DNA of 59,646 nt, counting the filler, from Sphacelaria rigidula (lineage: Eukaryota): the NCBI GenBank assembly GCA_964200075.2. It is 8 parts of 8 records of this genome, joined end to end, with 100 filler letters (N's around TTAATTAATTAA, not from the genome) between each part and the next. Parts side by side here need not be neighbours in the genome. Positions count along the whole stretch, not along the records: positions 1 to 7,369 come from CAXNAA020015223.1; positions 7,470 to 14,838 come from CAXNAA020015224.1; 6 more parts are not named here. One strand, 5' to 3'. The notes under the pieces are model-generated. The model saw only the letters and a list, made by a program, of their open reading frames with translations. It did not search any database and was not told the DNA's origin. The translations under genes and the position numbers were made by a program. How positions within the stretch are numbered: position 1 is the stretch's first letter; each line of letters begins with the position of its first letter. Positions 1 through 12,897 of this stretch are shown in pieces.

Positions 1-625
1 GGGGAAACTGTGACCCAACGGGTTTTTTCTTGGGTAGACACGCGTAAAAAAAACCGGGTGGCCCACCCCCCCCCCCCCCCCCCCCGCGCGCGCAAACAAA
101 CAACGGTTATGACATACAACTCAGTAGCAGTATGCCATATACAACATTTGCACGCAAATATAGATATACACACACACTCTGTCCCACCTTCGTTCTGTTC
201 TGTGTTTACCGTACTTCACATTCCTTCAGGTAGTAGTAGTGTTGTTTCCGTTTTGTTTGTCTCGGGCACTGTACTATCATGTGACCACCACCCCTAGATG
301 CTTGCGGAATCAGTAAATATCGATGATCAATCAAATTTAAATTGATCACCAGTCAAGCCACTCACACAGCTCTGTAGTTTTTCGGACCAAAGGGTGCGAC
401 AACTGTGCATAATAGTGCCCCTGTCATACCCCGAGCATATCCCGTTGTTTTCGACCGTGATGCGCTCATAGGAAATGACTATATTCCCCAGCGTGATAGA
501 GGTTATTTTCTTCATCAGCATCTACAACACACTGAACACAGGAGCCGGTCCTACAAAACAACTCAAGCACGCCTACCAAGTAACAACCAACGCAAACCGA
601 GGATACACATACATCTAGCCCGCCA

Positions 626-914
626 AAGGGAGAAAGGGTACAGGGGTTATAGATAGCTGTTAGGATTAGAAACTGTAGCTATGTCTTCTCCAGGAGGTCC
701 CCGTCGCCCTACCGTGCGCCAGCCGCCGCCCTTCTTCTTCTCGGCCTGTGGTGGTCGAGCAACAAGGACCAGCAAGAGCAAAGAGGTACTGGTGTTCGTG
801 AAGGCGTGGTCCCATGCTTTGGTCGTGTATCTTGATTTCAGTGTCGTGCCTAGCTGACGCCGCGGTGCTGGGAGCGCGTCACCTCAAAATTATCACTGGA
901 TATCTGATCCTACA
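626..914 (+). mobile_element. Putative polypurine tract and 3' LTR remnant of an LTR retrotransposon
   Basis: Purine-rich tract AAAGGGAGAAAGGGTACAGGGG resembles the PPT of the Gypsy element at ~27066-27088 (shared GGGTACAGGG). The segment ends TGGATATCTGATCCTACA, similar to TGGATACTGAGCATGTCACA at the end of that element's putative LTR. Confidence 0.35.
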
Positions 915-3900
915 GATACATGTACGCGTAATCGACCGGCACTGTCTTTCGTGGCATGGAAGAAGGCAGGTCAATACATGTCCTGTTGTGTATATCTTAT
1001 AGTCCTAGGTTTCTATAATCTGTCCCTGCTTGCGGTTTTGTTACCGCGGTTGGGTGCCTTCATAAACGTCGACATTTCGACATTTTCCCACTTTTTCAAA
1101 CCTCATGTCTTGTCTCCCCTGTGAAATTGGGTTGCCACGTACTCATTCAGCATGAACCCGCACCAGCCAAAATATAAAAAACTGTCTGTTGCGTATCTCC
1201 ACGATGTACTCGTATATAACTCTACGGGTAGTCACAGGATGCGCATGAGAAAGCAAATGTGTGCTTTCAACTCCAACTCTGTACCGTTGCCATTCTACTG
1301 CATGCAGTGAGTCGTTTGTAATCGGAGAGGGGTGTTGCGTAGTTATTACAGCTCGTCAGAATTCCGCCCCTTCCTCGAGTATCCTAAAATACCTCTAATC
1401 TTTCCGCTCTGTTGAACTGCTGTACTGTGGATGGGACAACACTGCACTGTACAAATGTACTGTACTATACTGTTGATACTGTACTGTCAATGAATGTGCA
1501 CCGGATTCCATATTGTGAACGGCGACATATCATGATCGTTTGTTTGAGGCACACACTCGACTGTTCCATAATCCATGATGGTGTCGCAAGGACGCCGGGA
1601 TTAAAAAAAAAAATGATCATGTGTGATGAGGAATGAATGCGTGCGTCGCATCTTATTTGAGTGTAGTGGACATCGCGTTTCACAACTGCTTGTCCTGGGA
1701 GGTGAACACCTTCCCCCCCCCGCCCCTCGTGTACTTTAGCGGGCGCTCCTTTTGTTCTCTTGAATGACGGTTATCGATTATCCACCACGTCTCTTTAATG
1801 CAGGCATGTATTATAGTACTACTTACTGACTGTGTGTATAGGTGTCTCAACAAGAAAATCATCACAAGACGCAAAACCCTTGATTGAATCACCAACCCAC
1901 CTCTTCAGGTTTACGAGTACACCCTGAAGAAATCGCCTGTTTCAGGGGGCCACGCCTGCTCATGAATTTCTACGTATCTATGACCATCAACCCCTCTCCG
2001 ACGTCTCCTCCCGTTTCGTTCGCTGGTGTGTGCTAATATCTTGGTCGACCATGTGCTTCCGCGGGTGGTCCGCTGGCGGACCCAAAACACCAGAAGGCGA
2101 AACAAATGCCGCATTTCATAGGAACTGCCTCTCCACAACAGGGCCAGCAGACTGTCTGCGTGAAGTGCAATCGCCAGTTCAGGAGGTGAGCAGTGGAGAA
2201 AATGAAACGTAGCATCATGCAAAGTACATGTATTTGCCGTTTGTTTGCTTTTTACGTGGTGCAGTCGGGTGAGGGTGATGTTGGTGCGTGTTCCTGCTTC
2301 GGTGAGAAACCACGTTTCCGTGGAGCACTCGCACACGCAGGGAAGAAGCATCGAGCCGAGGAGATTTATCTGGACTGCGGTACGATACTTACTATTGTCC
2401 TACGGGCAGAAAAAAGGGACGGCACGTACTCTGTCCTGTACACTCTAAAAACAAGTACAATAAACAAACTTACACTCTGTACAAGCACTCGTGTGGCGTC
2501 TCAAAACATTTTCGTTGGAAAGAAACTGGAAATACGAAACACTGAAGGGCACGGGTGAAACGGCACGACTAACTCGCTGCCGGAGGACACGAGACAATCC
2601 TCTCAAGTGTGTATGCACACAGGCACGATGGGTACGGTACCGTCGGTATCGTACTTCTCTCTTGGTTTCTCAATTTCTGGGCGATTTACCCGTTGATGTA
2701 GGATGTGCATACCACACGCCCTTTGCGACAAACCAATCTACAACTCATGTCTACAACACGGTTCGGCATTGTGGTGCACATCCCGACGGGGCAGTCTGAC
2801 CGAATCATGCTTTGTCGTCAGACATGTTTCGTTGGGGCACGGGGCAGGTATCGGTATCGAGTCCGAGGAATCTCACGCTTCTTACTTTCCCCACCAGCCG
2901 CTCCTGTGAAGAAGACTGCTTTGTTGTGTTCGTGCCACCAGGGCAACAAGTTCGCACACATACCACACGCTTGCCGCGCTGAAGCCGTGTCTCGCCGAGA
3001 CAAGTAGAATATATCTACAAAATGTGTTTGCAAATAGATCGGTCCAGATGCCAGACGAAACTGCGCTCAGATGCTCACCACCCACGCGCATTAGCCTAAC
3101 CGATAGCTCTTTCTCATCTGCACACAGCAGCGTTTGAGGGAAATCTGTCCCATTTTGGAGGGGCGGTGACTGCACGTGCCGTTGACGCCCTCATGTTTGG
3201 GTGTCTCCGACGCTGGCCTGACACGAACTACCGTTCTCTCTTGGAATTATGAACCGATTTGGTCGGAGCGAAGAACAAGACGCTCAGTTCACTATCAGCT
3301 ACGGCTCGAGCCATGTACCCCTTGTTCGCGGGGGTAATGACAATCCTCAGTTTCAGTCCATGTGTATTGGGTTGTGCGTCACACCCTTGCACGTGCTCCA
3401 CGTCTGTGCTTCCCTCGAGCAAACAGACTGCCGTTTCGCTCACACAGATTTTGAAGGATATACATCTGTTCTGCCTTTCGGAACAGAATACTGTACTTTG
3501 GTGCGCAATAAAGTGCGTCCGCGTTTGATTTGGCCGGACTGCTGCTCTGCTCGTTGTCCTGTTTTGTTGAAATGCGCTGCTGTGCCGCGTCATGAGTTGG
3601 TTGGCGCCATGTTAGGCGGGCGGGCAGGGTGCACGTGACTTTGGCTCGTTTGCCGTGCTGTAGTGCACTTGCAGCAGACGCACATGAATTTGAAAAATAA
3701 TGTCTATGGTATACAGTATGGTGCCCCACGGCTCCATGACAATCAACCATCTCGCGTCAGTACTGCACTGGAGGTGTGTTACGAAGTGGTGAACACTATT
3801 GCTGCACTGTTACTGTGGGACTCGCAGTCAAACCTTGGGGAATGGGATATTTGGGCATGTTGGCGTTTTTGTCCGTGGGATTGGGGTGACAAGCTCTCAC

Positions 3901-4449
3901 TTTCCTGGATGACAAGCCCACAACTCCCTCAGCGCTCTGAAAAGTTGTTTCGGAAGGCGACGGGTTGGCGAATTATCCCATTTCGAAGATGACTTGTTTT
4001 ACTCGTACGTTGCCCGATGAAATTTCATCACACGTCTTGGACCTTCCGTACAGGCTGGTTCACGCTCTTGGCCCAAAATCCACCCATCAGCAAATGGCCT
4101 CCGCAATAGCTCCATAACAGTCGCATACATGATCATCGTTTGACGGCTTCAATTACACTCGTAAAAACTATGCATGACCCAGCTGGACTACTCTCGCGAG
4201 CAAGGGGTTAACCCGTAGACCGCGGGGGTAGTCCGATCGAAGTCGAAGTAAATACAGGCGGAAAGGTGTCTCGACCAATTAGCGGCCTTCAAAACTGTTC
4301 TGAAATTGAAAGTAAGAATTCCCAACTCATTCGCTTCTCAATTTCCACATGCTTCAGGTCGTGGTAACCGCCATCGGCTCGGAAATGTAACGGCAAGTAC
4401 CAGATGTGGAAATTGTTATAATGGGCCAAAATAATACCCCACAACGTCG

Positions 4450-5049
4450 TATTTCCGTGCTGAGGGGTGTTGAGGTCGTCGGATTTCGATATGATCAGCA
4501 CCAAAGACTCGAAAGGCCTTCTGACGGTTTCCCATACATGTGTCGTAAAAATTCTCCAACCACACTCAAATTTGGCAGTTCGATAGGTATTGCTGCCCCC
4601 AATATGAAAATGTCTCGTTGATGATCATTTTATTTTTTCTCCACCCTTCACCGGCTTCCGGGGGTCCCAACGTGAAGACCCCTGTAAGCAGGTACGGAAT
4701 GTCACGTGAAGGAAGAATAGAGTATTGCATCTCGGGATAGTCCAAGGAACCCATTTAACATTCGTACACGGCCGCGTTGCGAAACTCGAACACTTGATGC
4801 AGTTTCTCATCGTTTTTGAATATGCCCAAAAAATACCACTTCCTCGCATGAAGGAGGCGCGAAACTTCACACCGGGTTATGGAGTTAGAGTCCAACTACT
4901 TCTACCCATGTACTGTGGGCCATTGCAAATCTTTCGATGGATGAGATTTTCTTGATTCTAGAATTTTCACCGGTTTCCGGGAATTTCAGAGGCACAGAGA
5001 ATATTGGGACCCCTGGAAACCGGTGAAAACATCGAACAGTGAAGAAAAC
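4450..5049 (+). repeat. Dispersed repeat family C (further copies at ~20980-21240 minus and ~46140-46955 plus)
   Basis: Shared blocks CTCAAA(T/C)TTGGCAGTT and CCGGCTTCCG..CGTGAAGAC(C/A)CC occur on three different contigs; the right part forms a foldback. Confidence 0.65.
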
Positions 5050-6040
5050 CGAGGGTAGGTCGAGTAGAGTATACTCAATATTCAGTATTTTCGAAGAGTC
5101 AAACTTTTGTACTCAAACTGTGAGTAGAGCATTTGAGGTCGTACTTAATCTACCCAATTTTTTTAGTAGCGTAGTTGAGACCATACTCAATCTACGGTAC
5201 TCGAAATTTGAGTAGAGTATTTGAGGTCGTGCTCGATCTACTCAAATTTTGAGCCGAGTATTGGACGTCGTGATCGACCTACTCAAACTTTGAGTCAGGT
5301 ATTCGAGGCCGTACTCGACCCACTCAAAACTTTGAGTAGAGTATTTGACGTCATACTCAATCTACTCACAATTTGAGTGGAAAATTTGCGGTCATACCCG
5401 ATCTACCCAAATGTTGGGTAGAGTATTTGAGGCCCGACCCGATGCACCGAGAATCTATAACTTTAACTTCAGTGTTCAAGTTCGTACACAAGATACTCAA
5501 ACTCGGGTAGAGGGAATACGGAGGAAGTATTGGGCAGTCGAAGTCTTGCACTGTTCACTCTCCTACACGCTTACTTGATTTTTTTATGGCTATCATTCGC
5601 TCATACTCCTTGTAGCCTGTAACGCAACGCCACCCATCTAATTGAAGGCCATCGTTCGCCCATGTATTCAACATAGTCTGAAGTGACGTCACGAAGTCGC
5701 CGACGGTCACGGATACTCACCATACCCAAGTGATGCTCTATACTCAAGTATTACTGAGAGTGCTTACTCAAAATTCGAGTAAAGTACTTGAGGTCGTACT
5801 AGATGTACTCAAAATTTAACTAGAGTATTGGAGGCCGTGCTCGACCTACTCAAAATTTGACTAGAGTATCGAGGTCATACCCAACTGATATTCTACACTC
5901 AAGTATTTCTGAGGGTGCTCACTCAATATTTTAGTAGAGTAAATTTGAGTCGAGTATTTGAGGCCGTACTCGACCTACTCAAGTACTCGAGTATTTTACT
6001 CGAGTACTCACAAAAACATACTTTACTCGACCTGCCCTTG
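5050..6040. mobile_element. Non-autonomous TIR element (hAT-like) with arrays of a 41-bp internally palindromic repeat
   Basis: Imperfect ~21-bp TIR (GAGGGTAGGTCGAGTAGAGTAT / ATACTTTACTCGACCTGCCCTTG). Tandem unit GAGTAGAGTATTTGAGGTCGTACTCGATCTACTCAAATTTT at ~5100-5510 and ~5740-6010. Degenerate A-rich 8-bp flanks. Confidence 0.7.
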
Positions 6041-6786
6041 GAAAAATCTCGTCCATCGAAATTTGTAACGATCTAAATGAAGTACATGTGTACACTTTGT
6101 CAGTGTCCAACTCCAGAGAAGGGCGTGAAGTTTTGCCGATGAGTACATTTGGGGTGAAAAGCGTGATACCTTAAAAAAAACGGCGGGGAATTTTGCCGAT
6201 GGATGTATGTCGGATGATGAACGTGATACTTGGAAGAACGGTGTGAAATCTTCCGGGTGAAAATATCTCGGTTGATGAGCGCGGATTCGCCTGTACGCCC
6301 TCCGTGACTCTCGCGGAACTGCAAGTTTCCCGTACATCCGTATATCCAAAAGCCCAGAGAAGAACGAGCAGTATGCTGCTGCACTGGTTTGATCCGAATG
6401 AGGGTTTGCGTGACGAATTAATTGTGCGATCGAAAGTCAAACTGGTGGTACGGAAGGTAAATTGGAGGTACTATCATGGAGTACAGCTCGCTACATCTTC
6501 TGGAAATGACGCCGTTCGCCAACGAGCCCTCTCTGCTCTTACAGAAATCGACTCTCTCTTGTAGCTGGGATTGGCGTCTTCGAGGAATACTTGACGGCAA
6601 TGACGACCGTGATTTTCACATACCTCGACAGGCGTAACACGCATTCTCGTACTAAATCCCCCCCCCCCCCCCATGCTCCGTCTCGAAAGGGATGCGTGGT
6701 CAATGGTNNNNNNNNNNAAGGGGCGTCGGGCTACTTGCCGAAACAGAAAGTCAAACAGAGAAGACAGCCCCCCCCCCCCCCCCCCC

Positions 6787-7083
6787 ATGATGAGACACCC
6801 ATGAGGCAGCGTAAAAGCCGTGACTGTCTCTGGAGGTGGCGATACCAGACGGTAAAGCAACTCATTGTAGGCTGTCATCCAAATGCAAGATATTCAGTAG
6901 GCTTGAACAATCTTGGCAGGATGCAGCTCACCCGTCATGCGACTCGCCTAACACACCATGGCGCTTCGCGCTTGGTGGTTTGAGTGCGAGCCTGGTGCGG
7001 CGAAAACCCGGCGTGCTCCGTCCCGGCTCTGTAGGGGTGCGAGGTCAATGGTCAGATGACTGTGGCATGCATGATCATAAGTA
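6787..7083 (+). mobile_element. Poly-C-flanked repeat family A, 5'-truncated copy
   Basis: Aligns with the copies at 11546-12064, 14371-14798 and 21851-22307; C-runs at 6768-6786 and 7084-7091. Confidence 0.85.
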
Positions 7084-7369
7084 CCCCCCCCTCTCCCACT
7101 TCTCATGTTTTGGATGTCGTTCGATTCCACTAGTCCAATAAGAGGGGTGTCAGCGCGTCGCCGGTTGACGCGTAGTCTGTCAACCGCGGCCGTAGCGGAC
7201 CTGTCCGTAATGTATCGACGTGTTTCGGTAAAACGACTTTGATTTTCGGTCATACAGATCGCTCAGCTGCAGGGTAGAGAGATGAAACCCCCCCAAGGAA
7301 GAGTGATGCGGAAGAGACCCCCCCAGCCCACCCCACCCCCCAGGGGACCCGAAACAGCCAAGCGCCGCC

Positions 7370-7469
7370 NNNNNNNNNNNNNNNNNNNNNNNNNNNNNNN
7401 NNNNNNNNNNNNNTTAATTAATTAANNNNNNNNNNNNNNNNNNNNNNNNNNNNNNNNNNNNNNNNNNNN
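7370..7469. other. Artificial contig spacer
   Basis: N44-TTAATTAATTAA-N44, with stops in all six frames. Confidence 0.99.
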
Positions 7470-7705
7470 GGCAGGCATGGTTAATGGTCAAACGACTAAG
7501 GCAAGCAACAAATGAGTACGCCCCCCCCCGCTCGCCTCTCCATTTCGACCAGATTTCGTCATCGCAGAGTGCCAAGTCATTATCCACCAGCCGATGTTTG
7601 CTCCATCTTCGAGTACAACCACCCGACATCCTGACCCCAAACTCTTTCGACCTCCCCGAACACCTCCCCCCCTCTTCCTTCCTCGTCTCCCCGCCGCATG
7701 CTCAC

Positions 7706-7999
7706 CTGCGCGAGATACTTGAGGCTCTGTATTTGATCTATCGGGATGTTAGTGTTGATCTCCGGCTTGGGTTCTCTCGGAATGTCGAGCTGCTTCCGCA
7801 TACGCCCCGTCAAACTCTCCCCCATGCCCTTCTGGAACGACCCCATGCTGCTCTTCCGCCGTAGCGGCGCCGTGGCTTGGATACTCGAATCCTCGCTCGC
7901 GGGGATAGAGGCTAGCTTCTCCGCCTCCTGAGGAATGGCAGGAATCGGTAGTGGGGGCATCGAGGCCGCCCCTGGTGCCGGTGGCAGCTGCTGTTGCTG
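7706..7999 (-). CDS. Exon of a probable protein kinase gene (ends at the start of a putative catalytic domain; gene truncated by contig end)
   Basis: Pyrimidine tract plus AG acceptor and CAG|GTGAGC donor; phase matches the upstream exon. The exon ends NIPIDQIQSLKYLAQ, which resembles the lead-in to the kinase glycine-rich loop (inference). Confidence 0.65.
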
Positions 8000-8904
8000 C
8001 TTGGAAAAAAAAAAGAAGAGGAAAAGCGGCGACAACAAGAACGGCCGTAATAGGAAGAGAAGGGGAAGACAGGTGTTAACCCTGTTACCGCCCGCGGTCT
8101 TCTGTTCCGAGGATCCGGCCTCGGACAGATCCGCCAGTTTTTGGAGTATGATTATCGTGTGAACGTCGATGGCTCCTAGTAGGCAGGATAGGCGCTCAGA
8201 TCAAATTGTGAGCAGGAGTGTGTACGGAGGAAATTGCGCTTTTTTCCCTTTTGCTCTGAGATCAACAGTAAAACGAGTTTGAAGCAAAGAAGGACAAAGA
8301 AAACAGCTGATTCTGACGAGGAATCAAACCAACGTGTTCGCGTTGCAAAATACATCGTCTTCCTCCCTCAGAAGCCAACTTGAAGAAAAAAATCGTGTTT
8401 TGAAATCCGTGGAAAATTCGCCACGGATTACGCTGTAAATCCGTACCAGGAGCCGTACTATGAGTCCGTCCGAAGCGGAATGTGCGCGGATCGAGTCCCC
8501 GCACCTGTTACTTTTTCGTGTTCCTTCTTTTATTCATGTTTCTTTTTCGTTCTGACGCTACAGTCTTCAATCCGTAGAACCACGGTTTTATCCGTACATA
8601 TCTCTCATTGTGAGTTTGACCAATGGGGTTGCAGCGCCCGACTGTGAGGCAGCTCTCTGCCTACACGGTAAAAACGCAAAAGCCGATCGAGGTCGCGCTC
8701 CCTTCCCCAACCCAGCTCTCAATGCCACGAGCCCTCGCTCGGGCAGCGGGTGTTCGTGAGGGGTGCAAGGTCATCGTTGCGGTTCTACGCGCGTTGCTTC
8801 AGAGAGAGAGTCAACGTGCCGTGCTCCTCCTGTATCCGTTGGCTCTCGAGAGGGGGGGGGGAATGTCCGCCAGCCTTGAGACACAAATCACAACATCACC
8901 TGAC

Positions 8905-9117
8905 CATACCGCCGTACCGTACGAATGAATCCTTTGACTTTGTTTTCAGCGCTGTAACCCACGTACGCGCACCCCACGCACGTGGAATGGCGTAAAGATT
9001 GCGTGCATCGTAGACTTTTTTCGACCCTGCATCCACCGTTCCCCTCCCTTTCGAGCAATCACGCCTCAGAAGTCGTAGATGTAGTATTCGAACCAACGGT
9101 AATTACTCCCTCTCTTG
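8905..9117 (+). mobile_element. hAT-like MITE family H, degenerate or truncated copy
   Basis: Similar to 51108-51366 (TCCTTTG..AGCGCTG(T/C)AACCCA..CACGTGGAATGGCG). Confidence 0.7.
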
Positions 9118-9372
9118 AAATACCTGCTCTTCTTCGCAAGTCACCCAAAGGAGAAAATGTACAACATCTGTGTACCGCAATGATGACCTCTCGATATTTT
9201 CAGGTTATAGCTACTGTACCTGTCCGCAGCGATGTCATGCACTTCCCTATATGCGATAGGGGTTTGCGCATGAGAGTAGTGAAACAAATCAGGGGTGAAA
9301 ATCACACTCTCAGGAGGGAGGGCTTGGTGAGGACACTGAAGAGTATGGCTTATGCGATAACCCCCCCCCCCC

Positions 9373-9444
9373 TCCTGCTCCGTCTCGAAAGGGATACGTG
9401 TTAAATGGTAAAACGACAACTAAGGCAAGCAACAAATGAGTACG
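9373..9444 (+). mobile_element. Short poly-C-flanked repeat family B (homologous to the 3' end of family A); other copies at 6673-6707, 7470-7520, 13147-13212 (minus) and 14294-14348
   Basis: CTCCGTCTCGAAAGGGAT..GACTAAGGCAAGCAACAAATGAGTACG between C-runs. Confidence 0.85.
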
Positions 9445-9491
9445 CCCCCGCCCCCGCCCCCCGCCCCCCCGAAAAAAAAAAAATACCTTAC

Positions 9492-9871
9492 CGCTTGTCC
9501 CATACCCTGGACACTCTGCTGTCGTTTGAGCATGCCCATCATGTTGGACGGTGGCACCGGCGCCGCCGGAGCCGGCGCACCGTCACTGCTTCCAGCCCCG
9601 CCGGTCATGCCGCTGTGCGAGTCGGGGGCCGCCAAAACCGCCGCCGCCACCTCATCCCCAGTCGGCTGAAACACTGGCTGATGGCCGCCCATTGCTCCCC
9701 CCGTGGTTGTGACCGTGCTGGTTGTTCCGTCGCTACTTCCGGGGGTCTCCGGTTTCTGTCGCGCCCAAACCTTGTGCACGGTGCGGATGTGGTGTGCAGT
9801 GGTGCTGGAGCCGACAGAAACCGAGGACGGACGGGCGCCGGCGGCTGCGGCCGGGGCGGCTGGAACAGGCA

Positions 9872-9911
<40 letters not shown>

Positions 9912-10030
9912 GCTGGTGGTGGTGGTGGCGATGAAGGCCGGCGAGGCGTGGTCGCCGCACTCTTCGCCTTCGCCTTCGTCTGTCGTGGAACCTGTTTCGC
10001 TGCCGTCTTGAGGACCTAGATTTGCGCTCC
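9492..10030 (-). CDS. Low-complexity exon (poly-Asn, Ala/Thr/Gly rich) of the same probable kinase gene
   Basis: Open frame (ORF 9420-10040); CAG acceptor, with an in-frame alternative acceptor at 10015; GCG|GTAAGG donor; phases 1 then 0 fit both neighbouring exons. Confidence 0.7.
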
Positions 10031-10561
10031 CTGAGGTCAATATTCACAGCGTATTCACATAGGTGTGTATGTATATATATATATATATATGTATTAGGGT
10101 TAGGGGTTGGGGGATATATGCATACATGCAGTGCATGTGTATTTTGTTTGTGTGCAGTGGTTGGTATGATAGTGAAAAGTGAATTGTAAGTGATGCGCTA
10201 CACGACCCGGACATCATATCGTTTCTTTTGCGGTGTGTGTGTGTATGTGTGCGTACGTGTGTAAATATCTACACACGCACTACCTCTGTCAACGAAACAG
10301 TCTCAAGTATTTTAATGTCAACTTACTTAAACCCGGCATTCTCGGACGGTTCACCGCTTTTTGGTGGAATCCATCAACGGGAAGGAAAAAAATTGGAAAT
10401 ATAAATGTATGAATCGACCCCTCCTCCCTCCCAAAAATATAATCAATTTTGGCACGTTATCGGACAAAATGCTGAACTTTTGGCCGGTAGCTTCCATCTT
10501 AGGCCCACACAAATGCCTCCATTCTCTCCCCCCGCCTGCTTCCGCTTCGCTCGTCACTCAC

Positions 10562-10688
10562 CGATAGACTCCATCTTATGGAAGAGGTCAACGATGGCGA
10601 AGGGGTCGCTGGGTGTCACGCCTTCCGCCGTGCTATCGCGGTTCTTGTGCTTCACAACCTTATTCTCATCCATCTCCGCCTCACAGCT
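10562..10688 (-). CDS. Upstream exon of the same gene (SCEAEMDENKVVKHK...DLFHKMESI)
   Basis: CAG acceptor and G|GTGAGT donor; phase 1 joins in frame to the exon ending at 10030. Confidence 0.65.
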
Positions 10689-10961
10689 CTGTCGCGTCGC
10701 AACAGAAAACAAGGCAAAACGCAAATACACACACACAAGCACAAGGAACGCGCATATTTTACTCAGGGGTACGGCTAAGATAACTATACCGTACCGTACC
10801 GTACCGTACCGTACAGACAGTGCCGTCTGTACAGGTAACACGTCGTTCGAGACCTTGATTTGACCACAGTGATGTAAAATATACATGCGCACTTGAATAA
10901 TTTTGTCTTCGTATTTTTAATCCATGGTTCACTGTATGCCTTATTCACCACTTCACACGAC

Positions 10962-11210
10962 AACATTTTCTACAATAGCCCCCCCTCCCCCCAAACCGGC
11001 CCAAAACTGTCACGAAAAAAATGGTCAGTGCCTGATGCTTGGTTTCAGGCTGCATGAAGCGCCTCATACGGGTGATATTGGCGAAAAGGAACCCAAGCGT
11101 GGGAATCCCCAGCTGCTCGTTGTGTTCGACTTGCTTCATTTCGATTTACACGTTAGATTTTGCATCCCCAAACCAGTCACTTTTGTGGGAAGGCTATCGT
11201 AGAAAGTGTC
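10962..11210 (+). mobile_element. MITE family G (GA..TC termini, 4-bp TSD family)
   Basis: TIR AACATTTTCTACAATAGCC / GGCTATCGTAGAAAGTGTC; body matches 54042-54444. TSD is degenerate in this copy. Confidence 0.8.
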
Positions 11211-11545
11211 CAAGCGAACTAAAAAACTGCGCAATGATGCATCATACGCGTTTGCGCGTCGCACTAGCGGAAAACCGGCAGTGTTAAAACGGTGGTATCT
11301 ATGCTCATTACTTAGGGTGTCGGCGACAGACGAACGCGAGGAGCAGAGTAGAACCTCGTCCTCGACACGCCCACGCACACATGCGTCTAGACATCGACAC
11401 TCCGCATGTTGCCGGAAATGTTACCATGGAGCGGATCTTCCGTCACCAACCAACAGTCTGGGCCGAAGATTCAATCCCAGCCTCTGAGAACTCGGCGCTA
11501 CGATCTTAGTCACCAGTTCACCTATATTCTAAAAACGGAGGGGGG

Positions 11546-12064
11546 CGTATTCATCAACTTGTGTGCTGTAGTGACAACATCATTGATCTCGCATCCCTAT
11601 AAAGCCGGGACGGGGCATGCCGGGTTTTCGCCGGAATCAATCATCAAGCGCGAAGCGTGCCGTGATGTGTTCGGCGAGTCGCATGAAGGGAGAGCTCCAT
11701 CCTGCTGATATTGTTCGGTCGGAAGCGTACTGATTACCTTCCATATAGATGACAGCCTCCGATGAGCTGCTTCATTTTCTGGTATCGCAACTTCCAGACA
11801 CAGCCACGGATTCCACACTGTCTCACACATGTCTCACCATTTGAACACCACGTAGTAAGATCATCCCCTATGCGCGGATGTTTGTTCGGTCTCCACCGCA
11901 CAAAACATTTTCTCCACCGCAAAATATGATCTAGCTCGACCACCATCACGATTACCGCAAGAAAAAAACGTAAGCGCAAAACCCGCCGGTAATCTGGCTG
12001 CCTAGCTTACGCGGTGAGTGGCGTGTTTTACAGCGCCGTTGCCAACCGACGTCAACCCTCAAAT
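11546..12064 (-). mobile_element. Poly-C-flanked repeat family A, near full-length copy (~520 bp)
   Basis: The reverse complement aligns end to end with 21851-22307 and carries the common 3' end; G-runs lie on both sides. Confidence 0.85.
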
Positions 12065-12897
12065 GGAGGGGGAGGGGGATTAATGTTTGGCGGGGTATTA
12101 TTGTTCATCACGTAAACCGACATCAAGAAAAGTCAGCACTCGATCTGACTTCGTGGAGACCACAGCCGACGATTCCCATATGGACGAGGATCTCCACTAC
12201 CCACTACCCATGTCGAATGATGAAAAAAATTAATTAGTCAAGGATGTCAATCCCTTCGCCGTCAGGGTAGGGTCATCTGTTGAACATGCATCATCTTCAT
12301 TTCCAAAATAAATATATTGAATAAGATCGCAGATAACCCCACCCTGGCGGTGAAAAGGGTTACATGTACAGGAAGCGAGTACAGCCCGTGCATATGACGA
12401 TTTCGAAATGAATCTTGAGTGAAAAGAGAGAAAGAAAAAACGCTTATGTACAGCACACTCGAGGACCAATTTTTTTTGACGTGGTGTCTGGTGGGCAACT
12501 GTAACTTGACTAAAATAACTGACAATCAACACAAATCTACTTCCACGACGGAGGGTGGAAAGTCGTCGTCTACTTCACTGGAGCTGATCCTTGCGATCGC
12601 CAAAAGTAGTGTGCGGGACTCGTGTGTTGCGTCATACAGAACGAGCGTTCATGCCCGCAGCACACAGATTCACAACAAAAGCAACCCGAGACGTATCCTG
12701 TGCTACAACATCCGCAAGATCTCTCGCACCCCTCCGTGATCACAAACGTAGGCTCGCCTTTCCAGTACCGTCCCCTACTATTGCTTGCATGGGTGTATAC
12801 TGTATGTATTAAAGGCAGTATTGAATAACGACGAAAATGTACAGCAAAGAAAGCTTCAAGCCCAGAAAGCCTTGCTCGTCGTGCAGCTTTTGCAACT

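Noticed and set aside
2818-3593. F-box-like (IFYLSRRDTASARQAC) and SET-like (LRIVITPANKGYMARA) snippets on the minus strand
   Set aside because: Short resemblances only, with no consistent frame or splice structure.
5100-6010. CRISPR-like array of palindromic repeats
   Set aside because: Units are contiguous and degenerate with no unique spacers, there are no cas genes, the array is enclosed by TIRs, and the context is eukaryotic.
7414-7425. TTAATTAATTAA recurring every ~7.47 kb as a biological motif
   Set aside because: It is the assembly spacer embedded in Ns.
9405-10047. Poly-Val, poly-Leu, poly-Cys and poly-Gln ORFs
   Set aside because: Alternative frames of one (AAC)n repeat; only the poly-Asn frame fits the splice phases.
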